Source: an uncultured Chloroflexia bacterium | Lineage (GTDB): Bacteria; Chloroflexota; Limnocylindria; Limnocylindrales; CSP1-4 | Reading direction: 5' to 3' | Length of the DNA stretch: 64,000 nucleotides | NCBI GenBank assembly: GCA_963703155.1 | Contig: OY969796.1 | Coordinates: 3,175,652 to 3,239,651 of the forward strand | Shown here: in pieces, positions 21,504 through 31,572 of the stretch | How the letters are laid out: the number at the start of each line of letters is the position of its first letter | How positions within the stretch are numbered: the first letter of the stretch is position 1 | Position numbers and translations under genes: made by a program | The notes under the pieces: model-generated | The model's database searches: none | Told to the model about the DNA's origin: nothing | Seen by the model: the letters and a program-made list of their open reading frames with translations, nothing else

Positions 21504-24194
21504 TCACTGCGCTCCTTCGTCCTGCCGGTCGGCTGAGGACTGGGGCGTGGGCCCGGCCGCCGCATTGGCCGGGAGTATAGGGTACGGCCCGGGTGGCGCC
21601 GAGGGTGCTGACGGCACGGTGGGCCGCCACCACGGCGGCGGCGGGGGCGGGGCGAGGCTCGGGTCGATCCAGTCGTCGACACCGGCCGTGGCCGCTGCGG
21701 GTGCCGAGACGAGACTCGGGGAGGTCGATACGGCGGCACTCGGGGGAGCCTCGGCGGGGCGAGATGCGACCGGCACGACCCCCTGACACGAGCTCTCGAC
21801 CAGACCGCCGACGGGACCGCCGACCGGCCACGCCGTGCCCGGGGAGGCCGACAGCGAGACGCCGGGTGTCGATGCTCGTCGCCTCGCGGCCGATCGTCGA
21901 CGGACGATCGTCATCCCGAGGACCATCAGCAGCGCAAGGGCGACAAGCGCGGCGCCGATCGCGACGAGTCGCAGCCTGCCCGCATCGGCGGCCACCGCGA
22001 GCGCGCCGTGGGCACTCGCCGCCTCCTCGGCGGCCGTGGAGGCGTCGCCCGATGTCCACGCGACCCGCGCCGCGATGAGGTCGCCCGAGGGGTCCTGGCC
22101 GACGAGGCCAAGCGTGACCAGCCAGTCGCGCGGCGCCTGGAGCGCGGCATCGGCGGCCGCCACGGCGTCGAGCGACCGGTGCAGCGCCTGCTCGTCCGCG
22201 GCGGCCTTCATGAGCGCCGCGGGGCTCGAGGCCGCCTGGTAGGCGCTCCGGAGTGTGGCCGGGACAACGAGATGCTCCGCCGCAGCCTCGCCACGGATCG
22301 CATCCCGCACGGCGAGCACGGCCCTCGCGTCCGCGATGGCGCTCGAGGCTCCGGCGAAGTCCCAGGCGTCGAGGTCCATCCGGATGACCGCGGGCGCTGC
22401 CCATTCCCCGCCCCTCGCGAGGAGGTCGTGGTAGGCAGCCCTCGCCGCGGCGCGCGGCGCGAGCAGCTTTCGCTCCGCGGTCGTCAGGACCCACGGCCCG
22501 ATCATCTCTGCGATCCCGCGCCCTCCGCCAACCTCTTCTGCCAAGTCCACGAAGCGTCGCCAGTCCGCGGCCCGAGTGCTCTTCTCGGGCGCGCCCGGCG
22601 CCGCGTATGCGGTGGTCCCGGCCTTCGCGGCGGCGAACACCGCCGCCATCGTGGCCTCGCCGAGCTTGGTGACGGCCTGCCGGACCACGGTCCACGAGGC
22701 GTCGTAGCCCCACTGCTCGTGGGCGTCCTGGGTCCTGGTCTTGATGGGCGCCGGCGTGCCCCAGGTGTCCAGCGGGAAGGCGGCCGATGCGTTCGCGCGG
22801 ACCTTGGGCGGCCCGTCGACTGCCACGCCGAGGCCGACCAGGGTCCGGTAGGCGTACTCGTCTGCAAGCCCCTCCGTGATCCATCGGTCCGTGAACAGCG
22901 CCGAGTTGAACCAGGCGTGCGAGGCCTCGTGGACAACCGTGAGGGGGTCGACCGCCTCGCTGATGGTGATCTGCTGGGAGCTGGGCGAGTAGAAGCCCGC
23001 GTACCCCTCGAGCAGGGCGCTCGAGACCTCGAGCACCGACAGCTGGCCGTTCACTGGCCAGGGCAGGCCGATGCGCTTCACCAGCGCCGGGATGGCGGAG
23101 GTCAGCGTGCTCGAGACGTCCTTCTCCCAGGTCGGGTCCTCGGGCCAGGCGCGGACCACCACCTGCTCGCCGTCCGGGAGCTTGAGGGAGCGGCTGGTGA
23201 GCGCGCTGTCGTCGCGGGCATCGATCCAGGCGTACCAGCTGCCGGGGTCACCCGCGCTCGCCGAAAGGACGCTGTCGCCGCCGGCTCCGGTCCCCTGCTC
23301 CATGGGGCCGCCCGAGACGTCCACCGTGTACTGCGACGGCACGTCCACCTCGACCGTCCCGCGGTCGCCGAATGCCCACGCAACGAAGGTCGTGTAGGCG
23401 GCGCCGACGCGAACCTGGCTCGAGGACCGCGGGGCGCCCGCGGGAAGCACGTACGAGACGTGGACCTGCGCCGTCTGGCCGACATACAGGCGCGTCGCGA
23501 ACTGGACGGCCAGCAGGCGGTAGCCGGTCTGCGCCTTGCTGGTGGTGCGGTCGCGGGATCCGCCTTCATCGGCGATGAACTGGCGGGCCTCGAGCTGGAC
23601 CGCGAGGTTGACGCCCGGGTAGTAGTACCGCGCGCCGGCGGTCACCGGGAGCCGGTTGACCGCGGTGATGTCAACGGCGACGCGGACCACGCGCGCTGCG
23701 GGGTCGACCACGTAGGTCGTGGCGGTGGCGACGTCCAGGCCGTCGGCTGCGGCCAGGACCGAACGCGGGGCGACGCCGCGAAGCGGGAACGGCGCCTCGA
23801 GGACCGGCTCCTGCGGGGTGGTTCGGGCGGGCGGGGCGTCGTGGGCCGGGCCGGGTGATGCTGCACTGGGTGAGAGCGCGTTGCCCGCGCCGTTGATGCC
23901 CGCGGATTGCCCGGCAACCGGGCCGGTGGGCCCGAGGTCCTCGTTCGGCGGCGATCCGGTCGTGGCGGCCGGGCTCGTCCCTGCAGCCGCGCTCGTCCCT
24001 GCTGCCTTGCTCGTGCCTGCAGCCGGGTCCTGGATCGTCCGGGCGGCTGCGGCCGGAACCGCGATCGTCCGGGCAGCTGCGGCCGAGCCGGAGCCAGGGC
24101 CCTGCGCTGCGCCCGGGACGAGCGTCGCCGCAGCGATTGCCACGGCGCCCAGCACGGCGACCAGCCGGGACCGCCACCCCCCAGCGCTGTTCAC
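21504..24194 (-). CDS. membrane-anchored putative zinc metallopeptidase (gluzincin HEXXH-X18-E), paralog 2 of tandem pair, Pro-rich C-terminal tail
   Basis: GTG start in GTGA overlap with upstream paralog; N-terminal signal/TM; HEASHAWF...EGLADEYAY zinc site; C-terminal TM then PPPPPPWW-rich tail. Confidence 0.65.
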   Translation of the reverse strand: MNSAGGWRSRLVAVLGAVAIAAATLVPGAAQGPGSGSAAAARTIAVPAAAARTIQDPAAGTSKAAGTSAAAGTSPAATTGSPPNEDLGPTGPVAGQSAGINGAGNALSPSAASPGPAHDAPPARTTPQEPVLEAPFPLRGVAPRSVLAAADGLDVATATTYVVDPAARVVRVAVDITAVNRLPVTAGARYYYPGVNLAVQLEARQFIADEGGSRDRTTSKAQTGYRLLAVQFATRLYVGQTAQVHVSYVLPAGAPRSSSQVRVGAAYTTFVAWAFGDRGTVEVDVPSQYTVDVSGGPMEQGTGAGGDSVLSASAGDPGSWYAWIDARDDSALTSRSLKLPDGEQVVVRAWPEDPTWEKDVSSTLTSAIPALVKRIGLPWPVNGQLSVLEVSSALLEGYAGFYSPSSQQITISEAVDPLTVVHEASHAWFNSALFTDRWITEGLADEYAYRTLVGLGVAVDGPPKVRANASAAFPLDTWGTPAPIKTRTQDAHEQWGYDASWTVVRQAVTKLGEATMAAVFAAAKAGTTAYAAPGAPEKSTRAADWRRFVDLAEEVGGGRGIAEMIGPWVLTTAERKLLAPRAAARAAYHDLLARGGEWAAPAVIRMDLDAWDFAGASSAIADARAVLAVRDAIRGEAAAEHLVVPATLRSAYQAASSPAALMKAAADEQALHRSLDAVAAADAALQAPRDWLVTLGLVGQDPSGDLIAARVAWTSGDASTAAEEAASAHGALAVAADAGRLRLVAIGAALVALALLMVLGMTIVRRRSAARRRASTPGVSLSASPGTAWPVGGPVGGLVESSCQGVVPVASRPAEAPPSAAVSTSPSLVSAPAAATAGVDDWIDPSLAPPPPPPWWRPTVPSAPSAPPGPYPILPANAAAGPTPQSSADRQDEGAQ

Positions 24195-26293
24195 CGGGCG
24201 GGCGCCTCGGGCCGGATCCGCGAGGATCGACGGGGACGCAGCAGCCGGCTGGCGAGCGACAGGGCCAGGACACTGAGCGCCACGACCAGCGCGACCGCCA
24301 TCAGCACGCGCCGCCGGCCCTCGCCGTGGGCGTCGCCCCACATCTGCGCGGAGGCCTGGGCAGAGGACGTCGCGGTGACCGTGTCGCCGGCCGCAAGGGC
24401 CGCCCTTGCCGCCGCCAGCTCGCGCTCCGGATCCTGGCCGATCATCCCCACATTCGCCAGCGTGTCGCCGCGGCCCTGGGCCTGCCCCTCGGCCGCCGCG
24501 CCGATCGCCGCGATGGCCGCCTCCTCATGCTGCGCCTCCCTCGCCGCGCCCGCGAGGTCGCCGGCCTCGAACAGCTGCTGCACCGCGGGCGGCAGGGCCA
24601 GACCGGCCACCGACGCCTGGGCCTCGAGCGTCGTCCGCTCCGCGAGCGCGGTCCGCGCCTGCGCAAGGAGCGACGTCGCAACATCGAACCGCCACGCCCG
24701 CAGCGCGTCCCGGATCGATCGGGGCAGCGCCCAGCCGTCCGCTGCCGCGAGCGCGCCCTGATACGCCGTCCGGGCTGCAGCCCGCTGGTCGAGCAGGCCA
24801 GCCTCGCCGGGCCGGACCACCCAGGTCCGCCACAGCGTGGTGAAGTCGAGGCCGGTCTCGGCCTCCAGCAGGTCGAGGAAGCCGCGCCAGTCGGGCGCTC
24901 CGTCCACGGTTTCGGGCGTCGGGGACTGCCCTGACGGCGGTTGATACGCGCCGGTCCGCGCTGCGGCGTCTGCCCAGACCCGCGCGAGGGCGTCTGGGCC
25001 CGCCTGGTTGAGGATCAGCGTGGCCAGCGCGTAGGACGCGGCGTAGCCATAGGATTCCGCGGCGGTGGTCGGCGCCGGGGTGGCGGGCCAGTCGTTGAGC
25101 GGGAAGGCGGCCGCCCGGAGCTTCGCTGTCAGCGCGGGTGCGGACGACTTGATCTTGAGCGCCACGAGCGCCCGCTGCGCGTAGAGGCTCGCGAACCCCT
25201 CGACCTCCCAGCGGTCCGCGAGGAGCGTGCCGTTGAACCACCCGTGGGCGGCCTCGTGGACCACCGTCGCGGAGTTCGCCCAGTACGCCACCTGGATCAT
25301 CGACGCCGTGGGGTCGTACAGCCCCGCAAAGCCGCCCGTGCTGCGGCTGACCGCCTCCTGGACCACGACTGCACCGTCATGGGGCCACGCCAGCCCGATG
25401 TCCGAGCGCAGGAGCGGCAGTGACCGCGTGAAGAGCGGGCCCACGCGCCCTGCCCAGGAGCGGTCGTCCTTCCAGGCGCGAATCGTGAGCGGGATCGTGC
25501 CGTCCTCGACCTTCACCGAGAGGTTCGTGGCTCGATACGTCGCCGGCTGCTGCGCCGAGACGAAGGCGAAGAACCCGAGTGGGTTGGCGAGGGCGTTCGT
25601 GGCGAGAACGACGCCGCCGTCCGACGCGTGGGTCTGCGTCGTGAACGTGCCGGACTCGACGCTGACGTCATAGCCCTTGGGGAACCGCACGGTCACGCGG
25701 CTGCCAGAGGCCCCGTCCGAGGCGTAGGCCCAGACCGGGAAGGTGACGAGGCTCGTGCCGACGCGGACCAGGCGCTGGACGGCGGTGCTGGTGTCCTTGA
25801 GGTCGAAGGCGAACCGAAACGACGTGGTGTGGCCACCGAACAGCTGGGCGAAGTCGAGACGGAGGGTCGTGGCGTTCGCACCCCGCGAACTGATGTGCAC
25901 CGAGGCGCCGCTCGGGCCCTTGGTGACCCTCGGGTTGGCCGCACCGGGCTGCACGTTGAGGAACGCGTGGTCGAAGTAGAAGCGGTTGACCCGCGTGTCG
26001 GCCCGGTGGTTGGCAATCGACACGTCCACCACGACGCTGACCCGCCCCTGGCTCGGCAGGACCGAGTAGATGGCGGCGGTCACGATCGTCAGGTCGGTGC
26101 TGGCGCCACGGGCCGTCGGGGCCGGCACGATGCCCGCCGGGCCGAGCAGCAGTCCGAGCAGACTGAGCACGCCGATCGCGAACGCCAGCGACGCTGCCCG
26201 CTGGCGAAGGCGGGACAGGCGCGCGGGGCGCCACTCGGCCGATCGCGGCTGGTCACGGCGCTCGGCGCCGCTCGATGCGGGCGAACCCGTCAC
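24191..26293 (-). CDS. membrane-anchored putative zinc metallopeptidase (gluzincin HEXXH-X18-E), paralog 1 of tandem pair
   Basis: GTG start in GTGA overlap with YbjN-like gene; N-terminal TM (LAFAIGVLSLLGLLLG); HEAAHGWFN...EVEGFASLY; C-terminal TM. Confidence 0.65.
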   Translation of the reverse strand: MTGSPASSGAERRDQPRSAEWRPARLSRLRQRAASLAFAIGVLSLLGLLLGPAGIVPAPTARGASTDLTIVTAAIYSVLPSQGRVSVVVDVSIANHRADTRVNRFYFDHAFLNVQPGAANPRVTKGPSGASVHISSRGANATTLRLDFAQLFGGHTTSFRFAFDLKDTSTAVQRLVRVGTSLVTFPVWAYASDGASGSRVTVRFPKGYDVSVESGTFTTQTHASDGGVVLATNALANPLGFFAFVSAQQPATYRATNLSVKVEDGTIPLTIRAWKDDRSWAGRVGPLFTRSLPLLRSDIGLAWPHDGAVVVQEAVSRSTGGFAGLYDPTASMIQVAYWANSATVVHEAAHGWFNGTLLADRWEVEGFASLYAQRALVALKIKSSAPALTAKLRAAAFPLNDWPATPAPTTAAESYGYAASYALATLILNQAGPDALARVWADAAARTGAYQPPSGQSPTPETVDGAPDWRGFLDLLEAETGLDFTTLWRTWVVRPGEAGLLDQRAAARTAYQGALAAADGWALPRSIRDALRAWRFDVATSLLAQARTALAERTTLEAQASVAGLALPPAVQQLFEAGDLAGAAREAQHEEAAIAAIGAAAEGQAQGRGDTLANVGMIGQDPERELAAARAALAAGDTVTATSSAQASAQMWGDAHGEGRRRVLMAVALVVALSVLALSLASRLLRPRRSSRIRPEAPAR

Positions 26294-26835
26294 GAGCGCT
26301 CCCCGCCGGGTTCGGCCAGCAGCTCCGCCAGCTCCGCCGAGTAGCGCGCGACGAGGCGCATTCCGGGGCCGTCCGGGTCGGCAGGGGGCGTCGTTCGCCA
26401 GCCGCCCGCCTTGAGCCACTCGACCGACTCGGCGTGGAAGCGGTCCGCGACGGCCACCTGCCGGGCGAGCGCGAGGCCGAGGTCCTCTCGTCCGACGGTG
26501 GCGGCGGGCAGCTCCGCCACCAGCAGCGGGCGCTCATCCTCGCCCACGCTGAACTTCACGAACGGCAGCTCGTCGTTCCAGCGCAGCAGCTTGCGATATG
26601 ACTTGCGGAAGTTGTCGTTGACCGGCGGCGCGAAGTGGCACCAGCAGATCAGGGCGAGACCCGGATCGAGGATCAGCGTGATCCGGAGCGCGGCGCGGCG
26701 CCGGCCGTCGAGAACGATGTCCCACGAGGTGACGCCCTCGCGGTCGCTGCGCTCGAGCGGGGTGACGCCAAGGTCGGCGAGCCAGGCCTCGACGTCGGCC
26801 GGACCGCACGCCGCCGCCCGGGGAGCGATGGACAT
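26290..26835 (-). CDS. YbjN-domain protein (putative sensory transduction regulator / chaperone-like)
   Basis: 181 aa from ATG 26835; YbjN-like fold pattern (WDIVLDGRRRAALRITLILDPGLALICWCHF...); first gene of a 3-gene translationally coupled operon. Confidence 0.5.
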   Translation of the reverse strand: MSIAPRAAACGPADVEAWLADLGVTPLERSDREGVTSWDIVLDGRRRAALRITLILDPGLALICWCHFAPPVNDNFRKSYRKLLRWNDELPFVKFSVGEDERPLLVAELPAATVGREDLGLALARQVAVADRFHAESVEWLKAGGWRTTPPADPDGPGMRLVARYSAELAELLAEPGGERS

Positions 26836-27230
26836 GGCCCGCAGTCTACCCGAGGGCGCGAAACGGCCGATCAGCGACGTTCGCGGATGTTCCTCTGGAG
26901 GCGACGGCACTCCGTGAATTCGCGACCGGCGTCGGGCTAGGTCGCCGACACGGCCTCGCCCGCCCCGGCGACGCCAGCGCGTGCACAGGCGCGTGCTGAA
27001 ACGGCAGGAGTTGTCACGCAGTCGAAGGACGACTGCTCGACCATGGTCCGGCCGCGAAGTCCCGTCAGGGAGTCCGACGACGGGTGCCTGTCAGCGGGTT
27101 CGCCGCTGAAGCGGCTCTCGAAGCCGAAGCCGACCTTTCCCGCGCCGACCACCACTCGTGCTTCGACTGCCTGTCAGAAACGGGCCGTGAGAATCGACGC
27201 GGCTGCGCGGCAGGGCCGGCGACGACCCGA

Positions 27231-28532
27231 TCAGCCTCCGGCCGACGACAGCTCCTCATCGTCCGAGCTGCGGTCCGGCCGCCGGTCGACCGTCCCGCCG
27301 GAGCGGACGATGCGAGTCGAGAAGTCCGACGAGCGCACCTGGCCGCCCACCTTGACGTTGCGGCCCAGGCGCGCGCCGCGCGGGATGATCGACTGCTTGC
27401 CGATCACCGTGATGCCGGTGTTGAGTCGGCCCGGCTCGCCCTTGTTCGGCGTGTCGAAGTCAGGCCCGTCGCCGACGATCGCGCCCTGGCCGACGGTGAC
27501 CTCCTTGTCGAGGATCGCGCGGTCCACCACAGCACCGCTGCGCACGACCGTGTCGAACATCAGGATGGAGTCACGGACAACGGCGCCCACGTCCACGCGA
27601 ACGCCCGGCGAGAGCACGCTGTTGACCACGGTGCCGTTGATCACGCAGCCGTGCGAGATGAGGCTCCGGTGCACCTGCGCCGTCGGGCCCACCTTGGCGG
27701 GGGCGCGCTCCTCGGATCGCGTGTGGATCAGCCACTCGCGGTCGTACAGGTCAAGCTCGGGGTTGTCGTCCAGGAGCGCCATGTTGGCCTCCCAGAACGT
27801 CTGGATGGTCCCCACGTCCTGCCAGTAGCCGTCGAACCGATAGCCGAAGACGCGGGCACCCTCCTCGAGCATCGCCGGCACGACGTGACCGCCGAAGTCC
27901 GTCCGCTCCTCGGACAGGAACCGCCGCAGCGCCCGCTTCGAGAACACGTACACGCCCATCGACGCGAGGTCGCTCTTGGGCTGCTTGGGCTTCTCCTGCC
28001 ACTCGATGACGCGCTCCTGGTCGTCCATGGCCAGGATGCCCATCCGGCTGGCCTCGGACAGCGGCACGCGCCGGACCGCGATCGTCACGTCCGCCCGCTT
28101 GCGCCGGTGCGCCGCAATGAACGGCGTGTAGTCCATCTTGTAGATGTGGTCGCCGGCCAGGACCAGCACGGTGTCGCCCGCGTCGTGCTCGATGACGTTG
28201 AAGTTCTGGAGGACCGCGTCCGCCGTGCCGCGGTACCACTCGGCAACGCGCCCACGCTTCACGTACGGCTGGAGCATCTTCACGCCGCCGGTGTTGCGGT
28301 CGAGGTCCCACGGGCGCCCTAGGCCGATGTGGTCGTTGAGGGAGCGGGGGTTGTACTGCGTGAGCACCATCACGTCCGTGATGCCGGAGTTCACGCAGTT
28401 CGACAGGGTGAAGTCGATGATCCGGTACTTGCCGCCGAATGGCACGGCTGGCTTGGCGCGCACAGAGGACAGGATCGACAGCCGCTCGCCCTCACCGCCA
28501 GCGAGGATGATCGCCATGACCGGCTTGACCAA
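27231..28532 (-). CDS. glgC: glucose-1-phosphate adenylyltransferase
   Basis: AIILAGGEGERL, PAVPFGG, C-terminal left-handed beta-helix repeats. Confidence 0.85.
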   Translation of the reverse strand: MVKPVMAIILAGGEGERLSILSSVRAKPAVPFGGKYRIIDFTLSNCVNSGITDVMVLTQYNPRSLNDHIGLGRPWDLDRNTGGVKMLQPYVKRGRVAEWYRGTADAVLQNFNVIEHDAGDTVLVLAGDHIYKMDYTPFIAAHRRKRADVTIAVRRVPLSEASRMGILAMDDQERVIEWQEKPKQPKSDLASMGVYVFSKRALRRFLSEERTDFGGHVVPAMLEEGARVFGYRFDGYWQDVGTIQTFWEANMALLDDNPELDLYDREWLIHTRSEERAPAKVGPTAQVHRSLISHGCVINGTVVNSVLSPGVRVDVGAVVRDSILMFDTVVRSGAVVDRAILDKEVTVGQGAIVGDGPDFDTPNKGEPGRLNTGITVIGKQSIIPRGARLGRNVKVGGQVRSSDFSTRIVRSGGTVDRRPDRSSDDEELSSAGG

Positions 28533-28612
28533 CGTCGTTCCTCCGGACCTGCGGGGACCTTCCCCGATCCTAACACCGCCCGACGTCAGCCAAGTGACCC
28601 GTCGGAGTGCTG

Positions 28613-29968
28613 CTAGGTGAACAGAAGCGGGTTAACGAACGTCCCGTTGAACTCCACCATCCAGTGGAGGTGGGCGCCGGTCGAGTGGCCGGTGCTGCCC
28701 TCGTAGCCGATGACCTGGCCCTGGCTCACGTGATCCCCCGCGCGAACGGGGTACGTGGGCTGCATGTGGGCGTACCAGGTCACCAGTGAGGTGCTGTGGG
28801 CGATGATCACGATCCAGGCCGGGTCCGCGCCATCGGCGTAGTTCCAGCCCACGTACACCACGGTGCCGGCGCCGGCCGAGCGGATCGGGGTCCCATAGGG
28901 CGCAACCAGGTCGATCCCATTGTGGTAGTGGGCGCAGTTGCCGTAAGGCGGCTCCCAGCTGAACCCGGTGCAGCCGAACGGCTGGGTGATCGACCCGGAC
29001 ATCGGCCACTGCAGCGAGCCGTTGTACTGGCTCGGGATGTTCCCGTGGCTCGCCTGCGCGGCGATGATCGAGTCGATCTTCTTCTGGAGCTTGGCCCTCG
29101 AGGCGCTGGCCTTGGCGAGGGACGCGCGGAGGGCGGCCTTGTTGGCCGATGCCTTGGCGTACTGCGCCTTCTGGGCGGCGAGCGCGGCCTTGGCGGCCGC
29201 CTCGAGCGCGTTGAGGCGCTTGGTCGCGGCGGCGAGGTCGGCGATCTTGCGGTCCAGCGCCTGCTTCTGGACGGCCGCCTGCTGGCTCAGGACGCCGGTC
29301 TGGTCGCGGGTCTCCGAGACGGTCTGGTGGAGCGCGAGCAGCGTCGCCTGGTCGGAGGCGACCTGCTGGGCGAGCTGCTGGTCCTGCGCGGCGGCGTCGA
29401 GCTGGGTCGACATCGCGGCGAGCATGTCGGTGAACGACGCGCCCGAGAGCAGGGTCTCGAGCATCGAGGTGCGCTGGTCCTCGTAGGCCACCCGGACGCG
29501 CTCTGCCAGCTGCGTCTGGTGCTGGCCCAGCTCCACCCGCTTGGCCGCCTCCTGGGCCTCGATCGACACGAGCTGCGCGTCAAGGTCCGCGAGGCTCGAC
29601 ACGAGGGAGTCGTACTGCGCCTGGACGCTGGCGAGGTCCTGGGACAGGGCCGTGACCTGCTTGCGGGTGGCCGCAAGGTTCTGCGTGATCCCCGCGAGCT
29701 GCGTCTTGGTCTGGTCGATCTGGCCGGACAGCGTGGCCTGGGACGCGCTGAGCGCCGCGATCTGCGACTTCTCCGCGGCGATCTTCGCCTCGAGCGCCTT
29801 CTTCTGCGCCTGGGCGTCCGAGAGCTGGTCCGCGAAGGCGGGCGAGGGCGCGGCCACGTGGCCGGCGAACGTGCCCATCAGCAGCGGGACGATGAGCAGG
29901 GCAATGATGGTGCGTCGCCCGAGGCCACGCCGGGCTCGGGGGAAGTGCTGCGCAACGGTGCGGGTCAA
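28613..29968 (-). CDS. M23-family peptidoglycan endopeptidase with N-terminal coiled-coil (EnvC-like)
   Basis: Signal/TM, long Q/A-rich coiled-coil, C-terminal M23 motifs HYHNGIDL and GHSTGAHLHW. Confidence 0.8.
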   Translation of the reverse strand: MTRTVAQHFPRARRGLGRRTIIALLIVPLLMGTFAGHVAAPSPAFADQLSDAQAQKKALEAKIAAEKSQIAALSASQATLSGQIDQTKTQLAGITQNLAATRKQVTALSQDLASVQAQYDSLVSSLADLDAQLVSIEAQEAAKRVELGQHQTQLAERVRVAYEDQRTSMLETLLSGASFTDMLAAMSTQLDAAAQDQQLAQQVASDQATLLALHQTVSETRDQTGVLSQQAAVQKQALDRKIADLAAATKRLNALEAAAKAALAAQKAQYAKASANKAALRASLAKASASRAKLQKKIDSIIAAQASHGNIPSQYNGSLQWPMSGSITQPFGCTGFSWEPPYGNCAHYHNGIDLVAPYGTPIRSAGAGTVVYVGWNYADGADPAWIVIIAHSTSLVTWYAHMQPTYPVRAGDHVSQGQVIGYEGSTGHSTGAHLHWMVEFNGTFVNPLLFT

Positions 29969-30240
29969 CGAAGGGGCGTCCTCATCTCGTGCGAGCTGTC
30001 TCCGTCATCGTCGACGCCCCTCGGCGTCGGGGTGCTCGGCTACCACGCTCGCCGGATACGGCGCCGCCTCGGAAGGGCACGCCCGAGACGACAGTGAACC
30101 GGCGCTTTCGGGAGTGTAACAGCGGGATCAACTCCGGCCCATGGTCCGTTGGTCCCGCATTTCACGTGTGCCGCCGCGGTGCGAAGGACGCGCGGCGGCG
30201 TCGGACGCTGCGCAGCCGGCGGACGCCGCAGACGCGAAAC

Positions 30241-30269
30241 GGCCCCGGGTCCGCGTGGAGCCCGGGGCC
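30241..30269 (-). terminator. GC-rich hairpin downstream of proX (GGCCCCGGGtCC...GGaGCCCGGGGCC) followed by short U-tract on the minus-strand transcript
   Basis: About 10-bp inverted repeat 20 bp after proX stop; GUUUC follows on the minus strand. Confidence 0.5.
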
Positions 30270-30287
30270 GTCGTCGAGGTCAGGGGA

Positions 30288-31409
30288 TCAGCTGCCGGTC
30301 CAGCCGGTGCCGGCCATCCAGGCCTTCCAGACGTCGGGGTGGGCATCGACCCACTTCTTGGCGGCGTCATCGTCGGACATCTTGTTGGAGATGTCGGTGG
30401 CGACCGCGTTCTGGTCGTCGTTGGTCCACTTGAAGTTCTTGATGAACGCGACGGCGGGACTGCCGCTGTTCACGAAGGTGGTGGAGGCGACCTTGTTGAG
30501 GTTGTACGGCGGGTAGTCGCAGGTCATCGACTTCGCGTTGCTGTCGCAGCCTGCCGTGTAGGCCGGCAGCTGGAGGTGGACCAGCCCGTCGTTGATCTGG
30601 CTGTCGAACCAGTTGGGCTCCCAGTAGTAGGCCAGGATCGGCTTGTTGGCGCCGATGGCGGACTTGATCGCCGCGTCGGAGGCCGCCTCGGAGCCCGAGT
30701 AGACGACCTTGAAGTTGAGGCCGAGGCCCTTGACCAGCGCCTCGTCGTTGGTCACGTACGAGGGGTCGCCGTCGAGGATCTGGCCCTTGCCCCCGGACTC
30801 GCTGGTCACGAAGTCAGCCGAGAGCTTGTTGAGGGCAGCCGTGAAGGCAGCGGGAGAGGAGTTGGCCGCCATGAGCTCGGGGTGGGCGTCGGCGTAGTAC
30901 TTGGGGATGAACCAGCCGATGATCCCGACGTTGCCCTGCGAGCCCAGGTCCACCGCGACCTTCTGGTCGGTGATGTACTGCTTGGCGAGGTCCTCGTGGC
31001 CCCAGTTCTCGAGGATCACGTCCACGTCGCCGGTCGGGAAGCCCTGCCAGCTCACCTGCTCGCTCAGGGCCTTGATGCTGGTCGTGCAGCCGAGCTGCGT
31101 CCGGAGCAGGTAGTCCACGACGGCCACGTCGGCCTCGTAGCCCACCCACGGGTTGTCGGCGATGTTGACCGTGCCGCAGGGCGCCATCGAGGTGGCGGCG
31201 GCCTGGCTCGGCGAGGCGGCCGCCGATTCGGGGGCCATGCTCGCGGGCGACGCGGAGGTGGCCGCCGGAGCAGCCGACGCGGGTGTCACGGACGGGCTTG
31301 CGGCGCTGCCGCTGCAGGCCGACACGAGGATTGACAGGACGGCCGCCCCTGCGGCGAGCCGTCGGACGGTGCTGTCTGCGAGATTCAAGCCAGATCCCCT
31401 TCCTTCCAT
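30288..31409 (-). CDS. proX: glycine betaine/proline ABC transporter substrate-binding lipoprotein (ProX/OpuAC)
   Basis: Lipobox LVSAC, Ser/Ala-rich linker, ProX-like SBP domain; downstream of proV and proW. Confidence 0.7.
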   Translation of the reverse strand: MEGRGSGLNLADSTVRRLAAGAAVLSILVSACSGSAASPSVTPASAAPAATSASPASMAPESAAASPSQAAATSMAPCGTVNIADNPWVGYEADVAVVDYLLRTQLGCTTSIKALSEQVSWQGFPTGDVDVILENWGHEDLAKQYITDQKVAVDLGSQGNVGIIGWFIPKYYADAHPELMAANSSPAAFTAALNKLSADFVTSESGGKGQILDGDPSYVTNDEALVKGLGLNFKVVYSGSEAASDAAIKSAIGANKPILAYYWEPNWFDSQINDGLVHLQLPAYTAGCDSNAKSMTCDYPPYNLNKVASTTFVNSGSPAVAFIKNFKWTNDDQNAVATDISNKMSDDDAAKKWVDAHPDVWKAWMAGTGWTGS

Positions 31410-31572
31410 ACCGGCCTCATGCTCCTCCAGGCCGGATCGCGCATTGTGACCTGTCGCGGGCTTCCCCGCTTGCGAGCCCCCGTGCCCGGTGAGCGGGCGG
31501 TCTGCTCTGTGCCGTGTCTCCTCCTGCTTGGCGCCGACCCGGCCGAGGCCCGGCGGACGACGCGGTGGGGCG

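Noticed and set aside
26937-27155. 72-aa ORF in the 395-bp spacer between the YbjN-like gene and glgC
   Set aside because: No RBS, no motif, and it overlaps another plus-strand ORF; treated as noncoding, though the spacer itself may hold a regulatory element.
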